From Ptychomitrium polyphyllum (taxonomy: Eukaryota), in contig OZ316776.1 in assembly GCA_973851085.1 (NCBI GenBank), forward strand, positions 2,046,001 through 2,110,000: a DNA stretch of 64,000 nt, written 5' to 3'. The notes below the pieces were generated by a model, which worked only from the letters and a program-made list of their open reading frames with translations, ran no database searches and was not told the origin of the DNA. Of this stretch, positions 30,031 through 41,000 are shown in pieces. Made by a program: the position numbers and the translations under genes. Positions within the stretch are counted from its first letter, which is position 1. Each line of letters starts with the position of its first letter.

Positions 30031-30316
30031 GGTGGGGGAGCAATGGCGACGACGACGACGGGCGTCCTGCAAGCTGGCTGGCTCGATCGGCAGACTCGCA
30101 GACGGAAAGGATTGTACTCGGAACCCACCTCTCGCCTTTCACCCCTGCCCTCTCCCAGCCCTAACTTTGGACGGCCCGATCGCCCGCTCTGCCCCGATCC
30201 GACGGCCCAGGGTGCGCCCCCGCCCAACTCATCGTCTCTCCCATGATGAACTGCCAAAGCTCATGGTGTACTCCTCCTGCTTGATGTGCAGGAACCATCG
30301 TCCACGAATTGTTTTC

Positions 30317-30676
30317 CAGGAATGGGAACATCGGATCTCAGGATTTTCGTTTCCTTATGATTGTGTATCACGTTTAATGTAACTCAATGATCAATACTTG
30401 GACAAAGACTTATGACTATGAATCGGAGTATTCGCTCATCCAGCCANNNNNNNNNNNNNNNNNNNNNNNNNNNNNNNNNNNNNNNNNNNNNNNNNNNNNN
30501 NNNNNNNNNNNNNNNNNNNNNNNNNNNNNNNNNNNNNNNNNNNNNNCAGGAATGGGAACATCGGATCTCAGGATTTTCGTTTCCTTATGATTGTGTATCA
30601 CGTTTAATGTAACTCAATGATCAATACTTGGACAAAGACTTATGACTATGAATCGGAGTATTCGCTCATCCAGCCA
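30317..30676. other. Assembly gap (100 N, 30447-30546) flanked by an identical 130 bp direct repeat
   Basis: 30317-30446 is identical to 30547-30676 (CAGGAATGGG...CATCCAGCCA), which is typical of an unmerged contig overlap. Confidence 0.9.
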
Positions 30677-30888
30677 AGGATATTACGTTGAATGCGATGA
30701 AAACGAATTGCTTTTTAAAATGGCCTGTTTGTGCGAAATCGATTCTGATGCGGGTTAGTTTAAGTACAACCAACGTTCTAAGGAGTCTTCCATTTTCTGA
30801 TTTCACCTCGTGATACATATATGTTATTGTGTGGACCTCCTTAGAAACTAAATTAAAATCCAAAAATGAGTTGGGCGGGGGGGCACCC

Positions 30889-31354
30889 TGGGCCGTCGGA
30901 TCGGGGCAGAGCGGGCGATCGGGCCGTCCAAAGTTAGGGCTGGGAGAGGGCAGGGGTGAAAGGCGAGAGGTGGGTTCCGAGTACAATCCTTTCCGTCTGC
31001 GAGTCTGCCGATCGAGCCAGCCAGCTTGCAGGACGCCCGTCGTCGTCGTCGCCATTGCTCCCCCACCATGGCCAAGACGGTGAAGGATGTGTCCTCGCAC
31101 GAGTTCGTTCGCAACTACGCCGCCCACCTGAAGCGCTCCGGCAAGGTACGCAACTTACCGCTCCTCCAGTTTCTCTTCCTTTCGATGCAATGCAGTGCAA
31201 TCTCTTAGGGTTTAGGGCCGGGATGGCCTCGGAGCGCTGCGGGCGCGGGGAGGGGCTAGCAATTCGCGTCCGCGGTGTGGAATTCAGGGTGCGAGCGGTT
31301 CCGGTTCTGGGGTGTGGCACGGCGAGCGCGTCGGGCAGGGTTGGTTTAGGGTTT
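30889..31354 (+). promoter_or_regulatory. Site II motif (TGGGCC, 30889) and telo-boxes (TAGGGTTT at 31206 and 31347, intron 1) of RPS19, mirrored in the other copy
   Basis: Motifs read directly. The site II plus telo-box combination is established for plant ribosomal protein genes. Confidence 0.6.
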
Positions 31355-32468
31355 CAGGTTGCGAGTGTGTTGTCGGGTCACTCGGGTGTGGACAGGGACC
31401 CGCGTGGGTGTTGGTGGCCGGGAATCTGAGTGAGGGTGTGTGTGGATTCTGGTTCCCAGATTGAGGTGCCCGTATGGTCCGATCTTGTGAAGACCGCGAC
31501 CTTCAAGGAGCTGGCCCCTTATGATGCCGACTGGTACTACATCAGGGCTGGTACGTGTTTCGGGGCCTTGGAACTGCGTCGTTTTTCGTGCGTGGCCTTT
31601 GCAGAAGTAATTCTTCTTTTCTCGCTCAATTGGTCCGTGCCGGCGCAGTGACCAATTGGGCGAGCAAGGTACAAGGTTGATGATTGGAAGCTGCCAATTG
31701 GCGGTCGGGTTGGGCATGGAAACATGGCATGGGTGGACATGGTTGGCACTGATGAAGTGATCGCGGTTGTGGGCGGTGCAGCCTCGATGGCGAGGAAGAT
31801 CTACTTGAGGGGAGGCATCGGGGTGGGTGCGTTCAAGAAGATTTACGGTGGGCGCAAGAGCAATGGCGTGAGGCCATCCCACTTCGCGAAGAGCAGTGGG
31901 TCGATCGCCAGACACTGCCTGAAGCAACTAGAGGCTCTGAACATCCTGGAGAAGGATCCTAAGGGGTGAGTCCGCCGTGGCATGGATTACGCCATCTGAA
32001 CTTTGGAGAGGACGCGATGTGTGTGTTGTTAGTGTGTCGGGCGGGCAGGGCGAGGGCGATGGTGAAGTCAGTGAAACCGGAGACTAGTCGGAACTGCGGG
32101 AGGAGCAGTTGTAGTGCGGTGTCGGGGAGACGCGGGCAGAAGAAGCCGATGCCGGGTCCTCCCTTGTTCGGTGCATGTTGTCGTCAGAACATAGTTTCTG
32201 AGCGTCCCGAAGCTGATGTGGTCGAGGCTGTGGGTGTTTTTTGGCGCCGAGTTCGGCAGAATGGCGATTTCTGATTTTCTTTGATTCGGTCGTAGGCTGA
32301 GACATACAGTAGTGGAGGAGCCGACGGAAGTTGGACGGTGTGGACGCGGGCTTTCTGTATCCTAACGAGCAGGATGGTTTGTGGGTGTGCAGAGGAAGGC
32401 GCATCACGTCCGAGGGACAGCGCGACTTGGATCAGGTAGCCGGGCGCATTGCCGTCGTTGCGGCCTAG
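31068..32468 (+). CDS. RPS19: 40S ribosomal protein S19 (eS19), copy 2, exons 31068-31145, 31460-31550, 31782-31965, 32393-32468
   Basis: Canonical eS19 sequence, GT-AG introns, TAG stop at 32466-32468. Confidence 0.96.
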
Positions 32469-33069
32469 GTCCACGAATAGGAGCAGCAGCTGCAGCAGGG
32501 CTAGCAGACTGAAACTTGACAGCTCGAGCACGATGTGCTGGGTGAGAGTGAGAAGGCTTTGCAATAGAACATGACGTCCATCTTCGTCCAAGTGCATGAC
32601 AACGAGGGACGTTATCGAGTGCTGCGCAGCAGAGCTGGGCTACACTGTTCAAGTTTACGTTCGAGCCCACGTTGTGCATTAGTCACTAGCTGTTTGGAGA
32701 GATGGTTCTGAAAGTGTATCGCCGTGGATTCATACTGGTCGCGTCCATTTTTGTGAGTTGTTGCATTTTCAATGATTTGTTTTGGTCGTTGGATATCGGG
32801 TTTTGTCCTGAAGGTTGCTATGGCGGGAATTAAAATTTTGAGTTCAGCTGTTTTTTTGGGTGCTTTGTTTCCATATTGTTTCCATCTTTCTTGATCTTGG
32901 TCGTTTGCGATTGAGTACCAAGTGTACGGTCTACGGTGTCGATGTTACAGTGGTGTCTAGTTTATTCCGGTTATGTCATTTAGGTTCTTATGTTTGTAAC
33001 GTTTTGTAATTTGTGTTCGCTGGCCACAGTTGTAGTGAGCTTTTGCTGCGCCTTGTTACATGTATTTCG

Positions 33070-33191
33070 GGTCTTCTTGATGTTCGTATTGTTATAGGTC
33101 TTCTTGATGTTCGTATTGTTATAGGTCTTCTTGATGTTCGTATTGTTATAGGTCTTCTTGATGTTCGTATTGTTATAGGCCTTCTTGATGT
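33070..33191. repeat. Minisatellite, 27 bp unit GGTCTTCTTGATGTTCGTATTGTTATA x ~4.5
   Basis: Four perfect head-to-tail units plus a partial unit, with no spacers. Confidence 0.95.
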
Positions 33192-35155
33192 CGTGTCTGT
33201 TTGGGGATTTTAAGATGTCACTTTAATTTAGGGCTTGCACTTTGTCACTATTTTTTGGACAGTTTACATTATTACTGGTCGAATAAGTTGTAGTCGCAGT
33301 TTTATGGATGAGGAACTTCGGAAGGAATCGGAGGGAGACAGCAAGTCTTACGTGCCGTTCAAGTTTGTTGACCTGGTGTAAAAGGAAAACTATGTCTGGC
33401 AGGCATGGATCTGTCCATTCTCTTACGCATATTTTGCAGAAAGATTTCAGTTTATTTGGACTCTTCAAACACCTGATTTGTACATGAGTTATTCTGAAAC
33501 TAACTGTTGATTTGTCTCGGTGTATTCTGGGGTTGAATGTGGCTTGATGGTCTGGAAATAGTTTATTTACTCAAGATTGAAGTCTCTATGATATCTGTAG
33601 CAAACGTATTATGCGTACTAGGTGTATTTCTATTGTACATATTTGAGTATATCTGGAGTATGTAAGGTACAGCTCTGTGTCCAATAACACTTGTTTCTAC
33701 TGCAGTCGTGAATGGTGAAGTAACATACATCTCTTTTGTGGAGATAGAGTACGATGGTGATTATTTTAAAGGGGAGCAAATCTAGATTACTCCGGTAATT
33801 TTGCGAGGGGCCCCCTCCCGCATTGGAGACGAGATACGTTGATGAACTTACCCTCGTACTTTAGCCTCGTGTTCATGAGGACTACAATCTTGTGTTTTGT
33901 TAGCAGAATCACCACAAAGGAAGAAGAGAAAATGTGACCATTAAAGAAAAAGAGAAAAGTAGGTACTGAATTAGTAGGGGAAACGGAAAATGCAAGCAGC
34001 CACAGTGACAGTAGTAAATGAGACCAGGTGACGCTACACTAAATGCACACTAAATCATTCGGTACCCGACTTCCTTAAAATCCAAGTCACTTATTACCAA
34101 GGGTCATTTTGAGAAAAGGAGAAAGGTAATACTAGTAATGTCATTCAAGTGTTATCAACGTCTAGTACCAGCCTACGTAGCTACCAAGCTATGGATGCCC
34201 TCCTCACTGCAGGGGACCAGAAAACCTGAGCTGCTTGCAAACGTTCAGCCAACCAGTTGATAAGAGAAGAGAAAAGTGAAAAAAGAGAAAGAGAAAAAAC
34301 AGAAAGTGGGAGAATCGACCTTGTGCAACCTAAAATCATTTAAAATTGGTTCATGCTGCTTTATCACCAAACAGGTTTCTGTCCACACAGTGCTACCCAT
34401 CTGTCAAAGTTCAGGAAAAATTATTAAAATTACGTAGTCCCAGCCAGGCATTCAGTGTTTCTGAGTTAGCCTGACTGGGAGTTTGCTTTCAGAGTAGGGA
34501 AGGCTAGGGAAAGGATTACTTTTGTGCATTTAATGTGATAATGGTGACAAGTCAGAGTAGAAAACTGCCGTTTCAGTGGGATCACCTGTGAAATCTAGTC
34601 CAGTTTTACAGTTGTAGATTTCAAACCTTTCATTCACAGGCGGCTTTGCTTAAAATTCCACCAATTTGCTTCGGCAGAATATCCGAAGCTAGGACTTACC
34701 ATCATTGAAGGGAATGGGATGTCTTACCATTCTCATCCTCCTTGGTTGAGATGCCAAGTCTTCACACCTCACCTTCTTGAGCCCCTACTTGCCTAGCCGC
34801 CTTCCAATCTCCCCTTGTCTCCACTCTCCTCACTCTCTTCTCCTCCCTTCTCTAGCCATAGCCAATTTTTTTTTCCAACGTTCATTATAACTGCAGCTTT
34901 GCATTGCTACACAATGCTTTGTTCCATTCTTCTATTGCATCTTGTATTGGTCATTTTTACGTGCTTCTTATTCATCAATGCTATAATACATACAATCATC
35001 ACCACTTGCCTTCTTATTTCCAAATTTAATGCTTAAGTGCTCTATAACGTGCATGTAAAAGTATCTACTTTTGTATTTTCATTTATGATATAGTCAAATT
35101 ACAAGATTTTATAGATTTTTCAATTAATAATTATCAAAGAAGTCCCTTCTTTATC

Positions 35156-35188
<33 letters not shown>
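35156..35188. repeat. (TA)n microsatellite
   Basis: Read directly from the sequence. Confidence 0.9.
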
Positions 35189-36598
35189 CTATGTTTTTTT
35201 TTCCTCATTTTATTAGAGTAAGTTCAAGTTATCCAATAACAACCCTTCATGCCAACATGTTCTTGAGCATTTTTTTTGAATGCCTTTTTTAATGGATGCC
35301 TTCTCAATTTTGACGTATTTAATTAAACCTGATCAATACTTTTGGTTAGGCCAACAAAAGATTGACTTGAAGGTCTTTTAACAAATCATGAAGATGATGA
35401 GAAAAAATTCTATTGCATTTTTCACATTTTTGCCACAAATTAAAAATGAAAATTTGTATAACTAGCCTCAAATTAATTTATTGGCCATCACAATAATTAA
35501 GTAGCAATTGCTAGTCTAATAGTTTTGCACTTGCACCTTGTGCATGAGAGGCACTCATATACTTTCAAGTCAAATGAATCTCCTAAAATCATATCTATAT
35601 AAACCTTTGGGGATCTACAATTGTTTGAAGAAGCTCAAGGTTTGAGTAATAACACAAACGAACATCTTTAGATTACAAACGGAATAAAAAAGTTCATCAA
35701 GATATTAATTGGTTTAGGTGCAATATTATGACATTATATGTTGTAAGGTCTAATAGACATAAGATGTGTATTTCATAAGGTGCCTTTAAGAAATTATCTT
35801 TCGTCATATTTTATTGTCAGTGTTCCTAAGCCACGTGATTTGCAGCCAATGCTTAATCAAGCTGTAAAAATCAATCATGTGTCTGCACCATGCTTAGTTA
35901 CTAGCTGTTTGGGAGATTGCTATGTTGTTCCTAGATGTAAATGACACAAGGTTTGATCATTCCATGATTGGAAGCAAGGGATGAGTGGAAGACTGTAGTG
36001 TATTCATGAGGGAATGGAGAATAGGCTTATGTCACCCCCAAATGTGTACACAAATGTGTCCAAGAGAGGACGGGGAGACAGAGTCTGGTTCGAAGTAGAC
36101 TTCGTCCATGACCAAGACCATTGACTTGGGCAGACCGAGCCGCAGACCGAGTCGGGCAGCTCGAAGAGACGAGAGAGGGCACCAAATGGCATCTCGAATC
36201 AGGATCTCACTCAGGATTTGTTCATCCATCCGATTCTCTATTCTGTTTATCGCAGTAAGTCCCAGCTTGGGGATATCATGTCCTCTCTACACTGATCCTA
36301 GGCTTCTGTATAGTAAAGTTGCAGTAAACTGGTAGGTAGTAATGAATGTACAGTAGTTATGAATATTGTGTGGGAGTAGGGACCCATATCATTCTTGCCT
36401 CAAAACCACAAGCGTTCCACTTCCTTCTCTTATGTTCCAAAGTCCTCTTGCAGCCTTCTCGACCTCTTAGAGTTCCACCAGTTGGGTTCTAATTCTATGT
36501 CAAGGTTGTAGTTTGATATATTACGTTGAAAGTGAGCCGGATTTGCGTGGTTGTGGTGCTGGAAGAAAGTTTGCTGTTTTGAGAGAGGAAATTTCTAC

Positions 36599-38091
36599 AT
36601 GGCGGTGGCAATGGAAACAACAGCTTGGAGGGGTTCAGAGGTGTTAGACGTGAAGAAGAAAAGAGCTGCATGGGGAGCGGATGCGCATCAGCTAATGCAG
36701 ATGATGATGGGACAGTTGCCCTCTGAACGGACGAATGTTATACCTGTTGATCAAATGAACACTCTAGATTTGTTTGGCAAGGCAGATCCGTCTTCTTCTT
36801 CTGCGCAATTAGACTCTGAGTTGCATTTGTCTGCCTCACCAGATTTTTTGGGACATGACCCTGAGGAGCCTCTTCCTCTCAGCTGGGAGAAATGCCTGGA
36901 CCTTAAGGTAGAATTAACCACCAAGCCTACAGTATGTCGCCTTCTTCGTGAATTGGAAGGTTGTTGACAGACTATAACTGCTCTTCAGAGCTGGTTGGAT
37001 CACTAATTAACTAGTTGGCAACCCCAAGCAATTGGATTTTTTGCGTTGGTTGTGTGTTCCGTTTTTATGTAAATTTCTTTCATTTTGTTTTTTCAGACTG
37101 GGAAGGTGTACTACGTGAACATGAGCTCTGGCGTGAGCACTTTCAATGACCCCCGGAAGCGCAACTTCAGCACCGAGACGGAGTTGCAAACCCAGTTCTC
37201 CTCACTTGCAGCTCAAGAGTTTCTGGGCAGCCACAGGGGCGAAACTCTTAGAAAAGAAAATATTCTGAAAGTCTCATCGTCTTCCTCTTCTGGAAGTCCC
37301 CGCCTGTGTAGGAAACAGTACTCTTCCAAGCTCTTGTCATTCTCCACCGGCAAGAAGTTGTGGAACTTGAAGCTGGACGATCGCCATGTATCCGTGGACA
37401 GTAGGTGTGAGGAATTAGAACCAGAGGAGGAATCCAACTTGGAGTTGGACCTGAACTTAGCAGTTGGCTGCTCCTCGTCTCCCTCCCGAGAAAATCGCTA
37501 TGAGCAAACGGTGTGCACCATGGAGATGATCCAGAACGCCTTGAAGAGATCTGCAGAGAACGCCTCAACATCAACTCCTATTGTAAAGAGAGATCTGCCT
37601 CTTTTGCAGCACAAACTTTCAGCGTCGTCTTCTTTCTCATCTCTCACTTCCACCCGCTCTGATCCTATTGATTCTAATGTTGCACCTTCGCCTTCCACCA
37701 GCAGCTCCTCGTCCACCTCCTCCAGATCTAGGAAAGTTGCTCCTTTGACTGAGACAAGAGAATCCACAGGGTAAGCATATCATAACCCAACTTTGCTGTA
37801 GTCATCAATCTATTTCAGACTCTGTTATAGATGAGGCTGAATTAGTTGTTAACTGTTGGAAACCAGTAGTTGAAATTGATGTTGTGTCTCGTTGCGTTTG
37901 GTTTCAGGGCTTGTCAAGGTAATAGCAACGTGGACTCCGGTGCACTTGTAATGGGGGCATGCAGACGGTGCCTCATGTATGTGATGCTCAAGAAAGTTGA
38001 CCCCAGGTGTCCTAGATGTGAGAGCGAGGTGCCAGTAGATTTCAGTGCCCCACCTTGTAAGAGACAGAAGATACTATCAGATAGGAGGTAG
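36599..38091 (+). CDS. CFL1: CURLY FLAG LEAF 1-like WW-domain protein, ~388 aa, exons 36599-36907, 37097-37770, 37908-38091
   Basis: WW domain split by intron 1 (PLPLSWEKCLDLK|TGKVYYVN...TFNDPR), EAR-like LELDLNL, Ser-rich middle, C-terminal CxxCxxYVM...PxCPxC and a basic KRQK. The symbol denotes the family, not orthology. Confidence 0.85.
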
Positions 38092-41000
38092 TGAAGATGG
38101 AAGAAGCAAACTGGTTCAAATTAAACTAAGCTAGTACGAGGCGCTTATGACTTCATTTTTTTAGTTCGTTTTACACCAACTTGATCTCTTGGTTCTTTTG
38201 TACAAGCAAGAGTTGGAATCCGTTTTTAGAGCCGTGAAAGAGTTTTGACTAAAGCCCAGAATGGGTTTGAACGCATCCTCTTTTTTATCGTCTACTGTAC
38301 ATCTGGCAGATTTACTTGCAGCTCGCTAGTAAACAACTTCGAAAAAACTTGTATCATGATTTTGTGATTACTGCAACAACTTATGTCTCCTCTTTTTTGC
38401 TCTTTTCATTCAGACTCCTCTCACAATCAAAAGCCAATACAGTACATTGCATCAATTTGGATGTGTAGAACAAATCATCATCCTCATCGTCTGTTAGATC
38501 AGTAAGCGCTTCATTCTGCTCGTTAATCAATTGAGCGCAAGTTTTTAAATATTTGACTGACTCAATATTGCTCAGAAGGCGAACACCACTCCCAGTTTCA
38601 AGCTTCTTTTAAACACATATGGCCCTTGATGTCTTAAGCAGCCTCCTGCAAGTGAATTCCAGCATATCATTTCGAGAGTGACCCATGTTAAAAATTCATG
38701 CGCCATGATCTCAGCAGCCTACACCATTTCCTGATTTTCTGAGTCCAGATCTGATTTGAAAGACTATCAAACTTTCCTCTAGAAAAGTTCATGCATACGC
38801 AATCTCCTCGTACCAAGTCTGGGCCAGGATTGATAAGATTGTGGTACTCGCCCATTAGACCACGTCTGCCTAGGAAGTAGCCGCTGCTCCTACGCCTAAC
38901 ATGCACGTAGCCTGATAATATTACTAATATTCAATTCCACACCGACAATTAGGGGTGAGAGTTGAACTTGATCAAAACAGATACAGGTAAGTTCCCTTTC
39001 GTTAGCTGGAACTTACACTGAAACTGCCTTTTTCCCTTGGAATGACCATGGAAACAGCCCATCTTGCATTAGTCAAGGAGGTGCACGAACGGAGGCTACC
39101 ACCGATATTCTTTGATTGGGATGTATCAACTTTTACTCTAAATCATGCAGCTTTGTTCTAGAATTCCAAGTGTCCAACTCCCATCTGCGGTTGTAAGAAT
39201 GCCATGTGAGCTCCAAATTCTCTTGCTTCTCTTGAAGAAACGTGTCAAAGTACTATGTGGCATTCTAATCAAGTTAATCTTCAAAATTTGGGTGAACCTA
39301 GCTCATTAAGTTTTCTGCATGTTCGCAACTTTTAACGCTTTCCTGATTTAATACGGACTGCATGTGAGAATATTCGAGATATATACTTGAGTTTTCCTTG
39401 AAGATTTATGAATATGCACTAGAAACAAACCTAATTTCATAAATGGATTGCATGCCATCTTTCAATTTTATGCATGCTCAGTTTCACAGAAAAAGTTAGT
39501 GATGCTAAGATTATCTGTAAATGCATTCAACCTAATTACTTTGCGTGCCCCATGCAGGTGCCTACTGGAGATATGTGAGGCTTCATTACCAAAAACAGGG
39601 TTGGTTAGAACAATTTCTAAAACACTAGTATCTTACATCAGCATTTTAATTAACCCTCGTCTTTAGTAGTGCCTGCAAAAGCAATATTGAAGGAAAGTTT
39701 TTCTTAGCCACACCTTTACACAATTCTTCTTTTGTCACAATATTAAACACTAGATAATGCAAGCAATATATAATGGGAAAATAACAAAAGCCTTCTATAT
39801 TGGAGAAATATTTAACTTGGTGCCCTCAGAATGTCTCTTGGTTGTACCAAACCATTATCCACCAAGGAATATAAGTTTGCATCATTATAACATGTAACAT
39901 AAAAATTTATAAATTTGAATGTTGTTGCTTATAAACATATAAAAAGATATATAAATACACAACAATTATTTCTTTTTCCCACATGGCCCATTCTAATTGC
40001 CTTCCAAAGATGTACATCATATACAAATCTATTGTACAAAGATAAATTATGATGATGCCTATATAATTACAATAATATACTTTGCCCAAAATATTATATT
40101 TAACACACTTTTATGATGTATATGCAAGAAAGACAAGGCACTTTAAATGCTACATTAGAAAGTATAATGAATAATACTTGGAATTATAGAACTTGACAAC
40201 AACATTAATGTTCAATGTTCATTTTTTTTTCATTATATTCTAACAAAGGTGAAAAACATAGATGCACTTGCATTAATAAGGTTGATATGAATGGTCCAAG
40301 ACTTTGGACTTTTTAAAGCAAGCCACAAAAAAGAAAAAATATACCTCAATATTTAACACCATGTTGTAACAATAGCTTAATGACATCCAACTCATACTAA
40401 AGTTTTTTGGAATATATTGATGTGTCAAGATTTTTAAGAAATTAACATCTGTAAACTTGAAACTAAGAGCTTGTAGATTTATGAACAAAACTGAAATATT
40501 GATTTCATAAAAGATGTACATTAACAACATCAAAAACCACTATAGATTGAAAGACTATTGTATATACTAATCCCACCTATTAAGTATAAGAAAATCAAAG
40601 AACCACTTAAACTTATGTTTTTTTTAGCTTTTATATTAATTCAAGGAGCCACTTTATGTAATTGCATTTTGAAAGCATTTGATTGACATAGTGTTGCGAT
40701 GTAGGCTACTTTGGAATTAACTTGTAGGTATTTATGTGTTTATTTATGTGTTTCATCTAGGCACATTGCTTTTCTTTGTTGTAGGTTAAGATTTTATTAT
40801 TTAGCTCATATCTTTTCTTTCTAATTCATTTGTTTATTCTCAACAACCTACTTTTTATTCTTCAAATTTCAACTAGATGAAACACATAAATGTGAAACAC
40901 ACACCTCTTGACAATGGTTTCTAAAGGGCTACTTGGCATGTTTAAAAATTCACAACATTCCATAATAAAAATCCAAAAACGCACATGTTAGCGTGTCAAA

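Larger units (their letters stand above)
28458..32640. repeat. Large inverted repeat, arms 28458-30232 and 30866-32640 (~1775 bp each)
   Basis: Mirror coordinates sum to 61098 and the mirrored ORF translations inside the arms match. Only one substitution was noticed, near the inner boundary (GGGGGCGCACC vs GGGGGGGCACC). Confidence 0.95.

Noticed and set aside
31677..31752. Box C/D snoRNA-like TGATGA...CTGA in RPS19 intron 2
   Set aside because: No terminal stem, no recognisable rRNA-complementary guide, and a low-complexity GCATGG interior.
28501..32679. Many 100-190 aa overlapping ORFs around RPS19
   Set aside because: Shadow frames of GC-rich exons and introns, duplicated by the inverted repeat.
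33070..33191. 27 bp repeats (and the 26 bp repeats at 60948-61077) as CRISPR arrays
   Set aside because: The units are contiguous with no spacers, there are no cas genes, and the context is eukaryotic.
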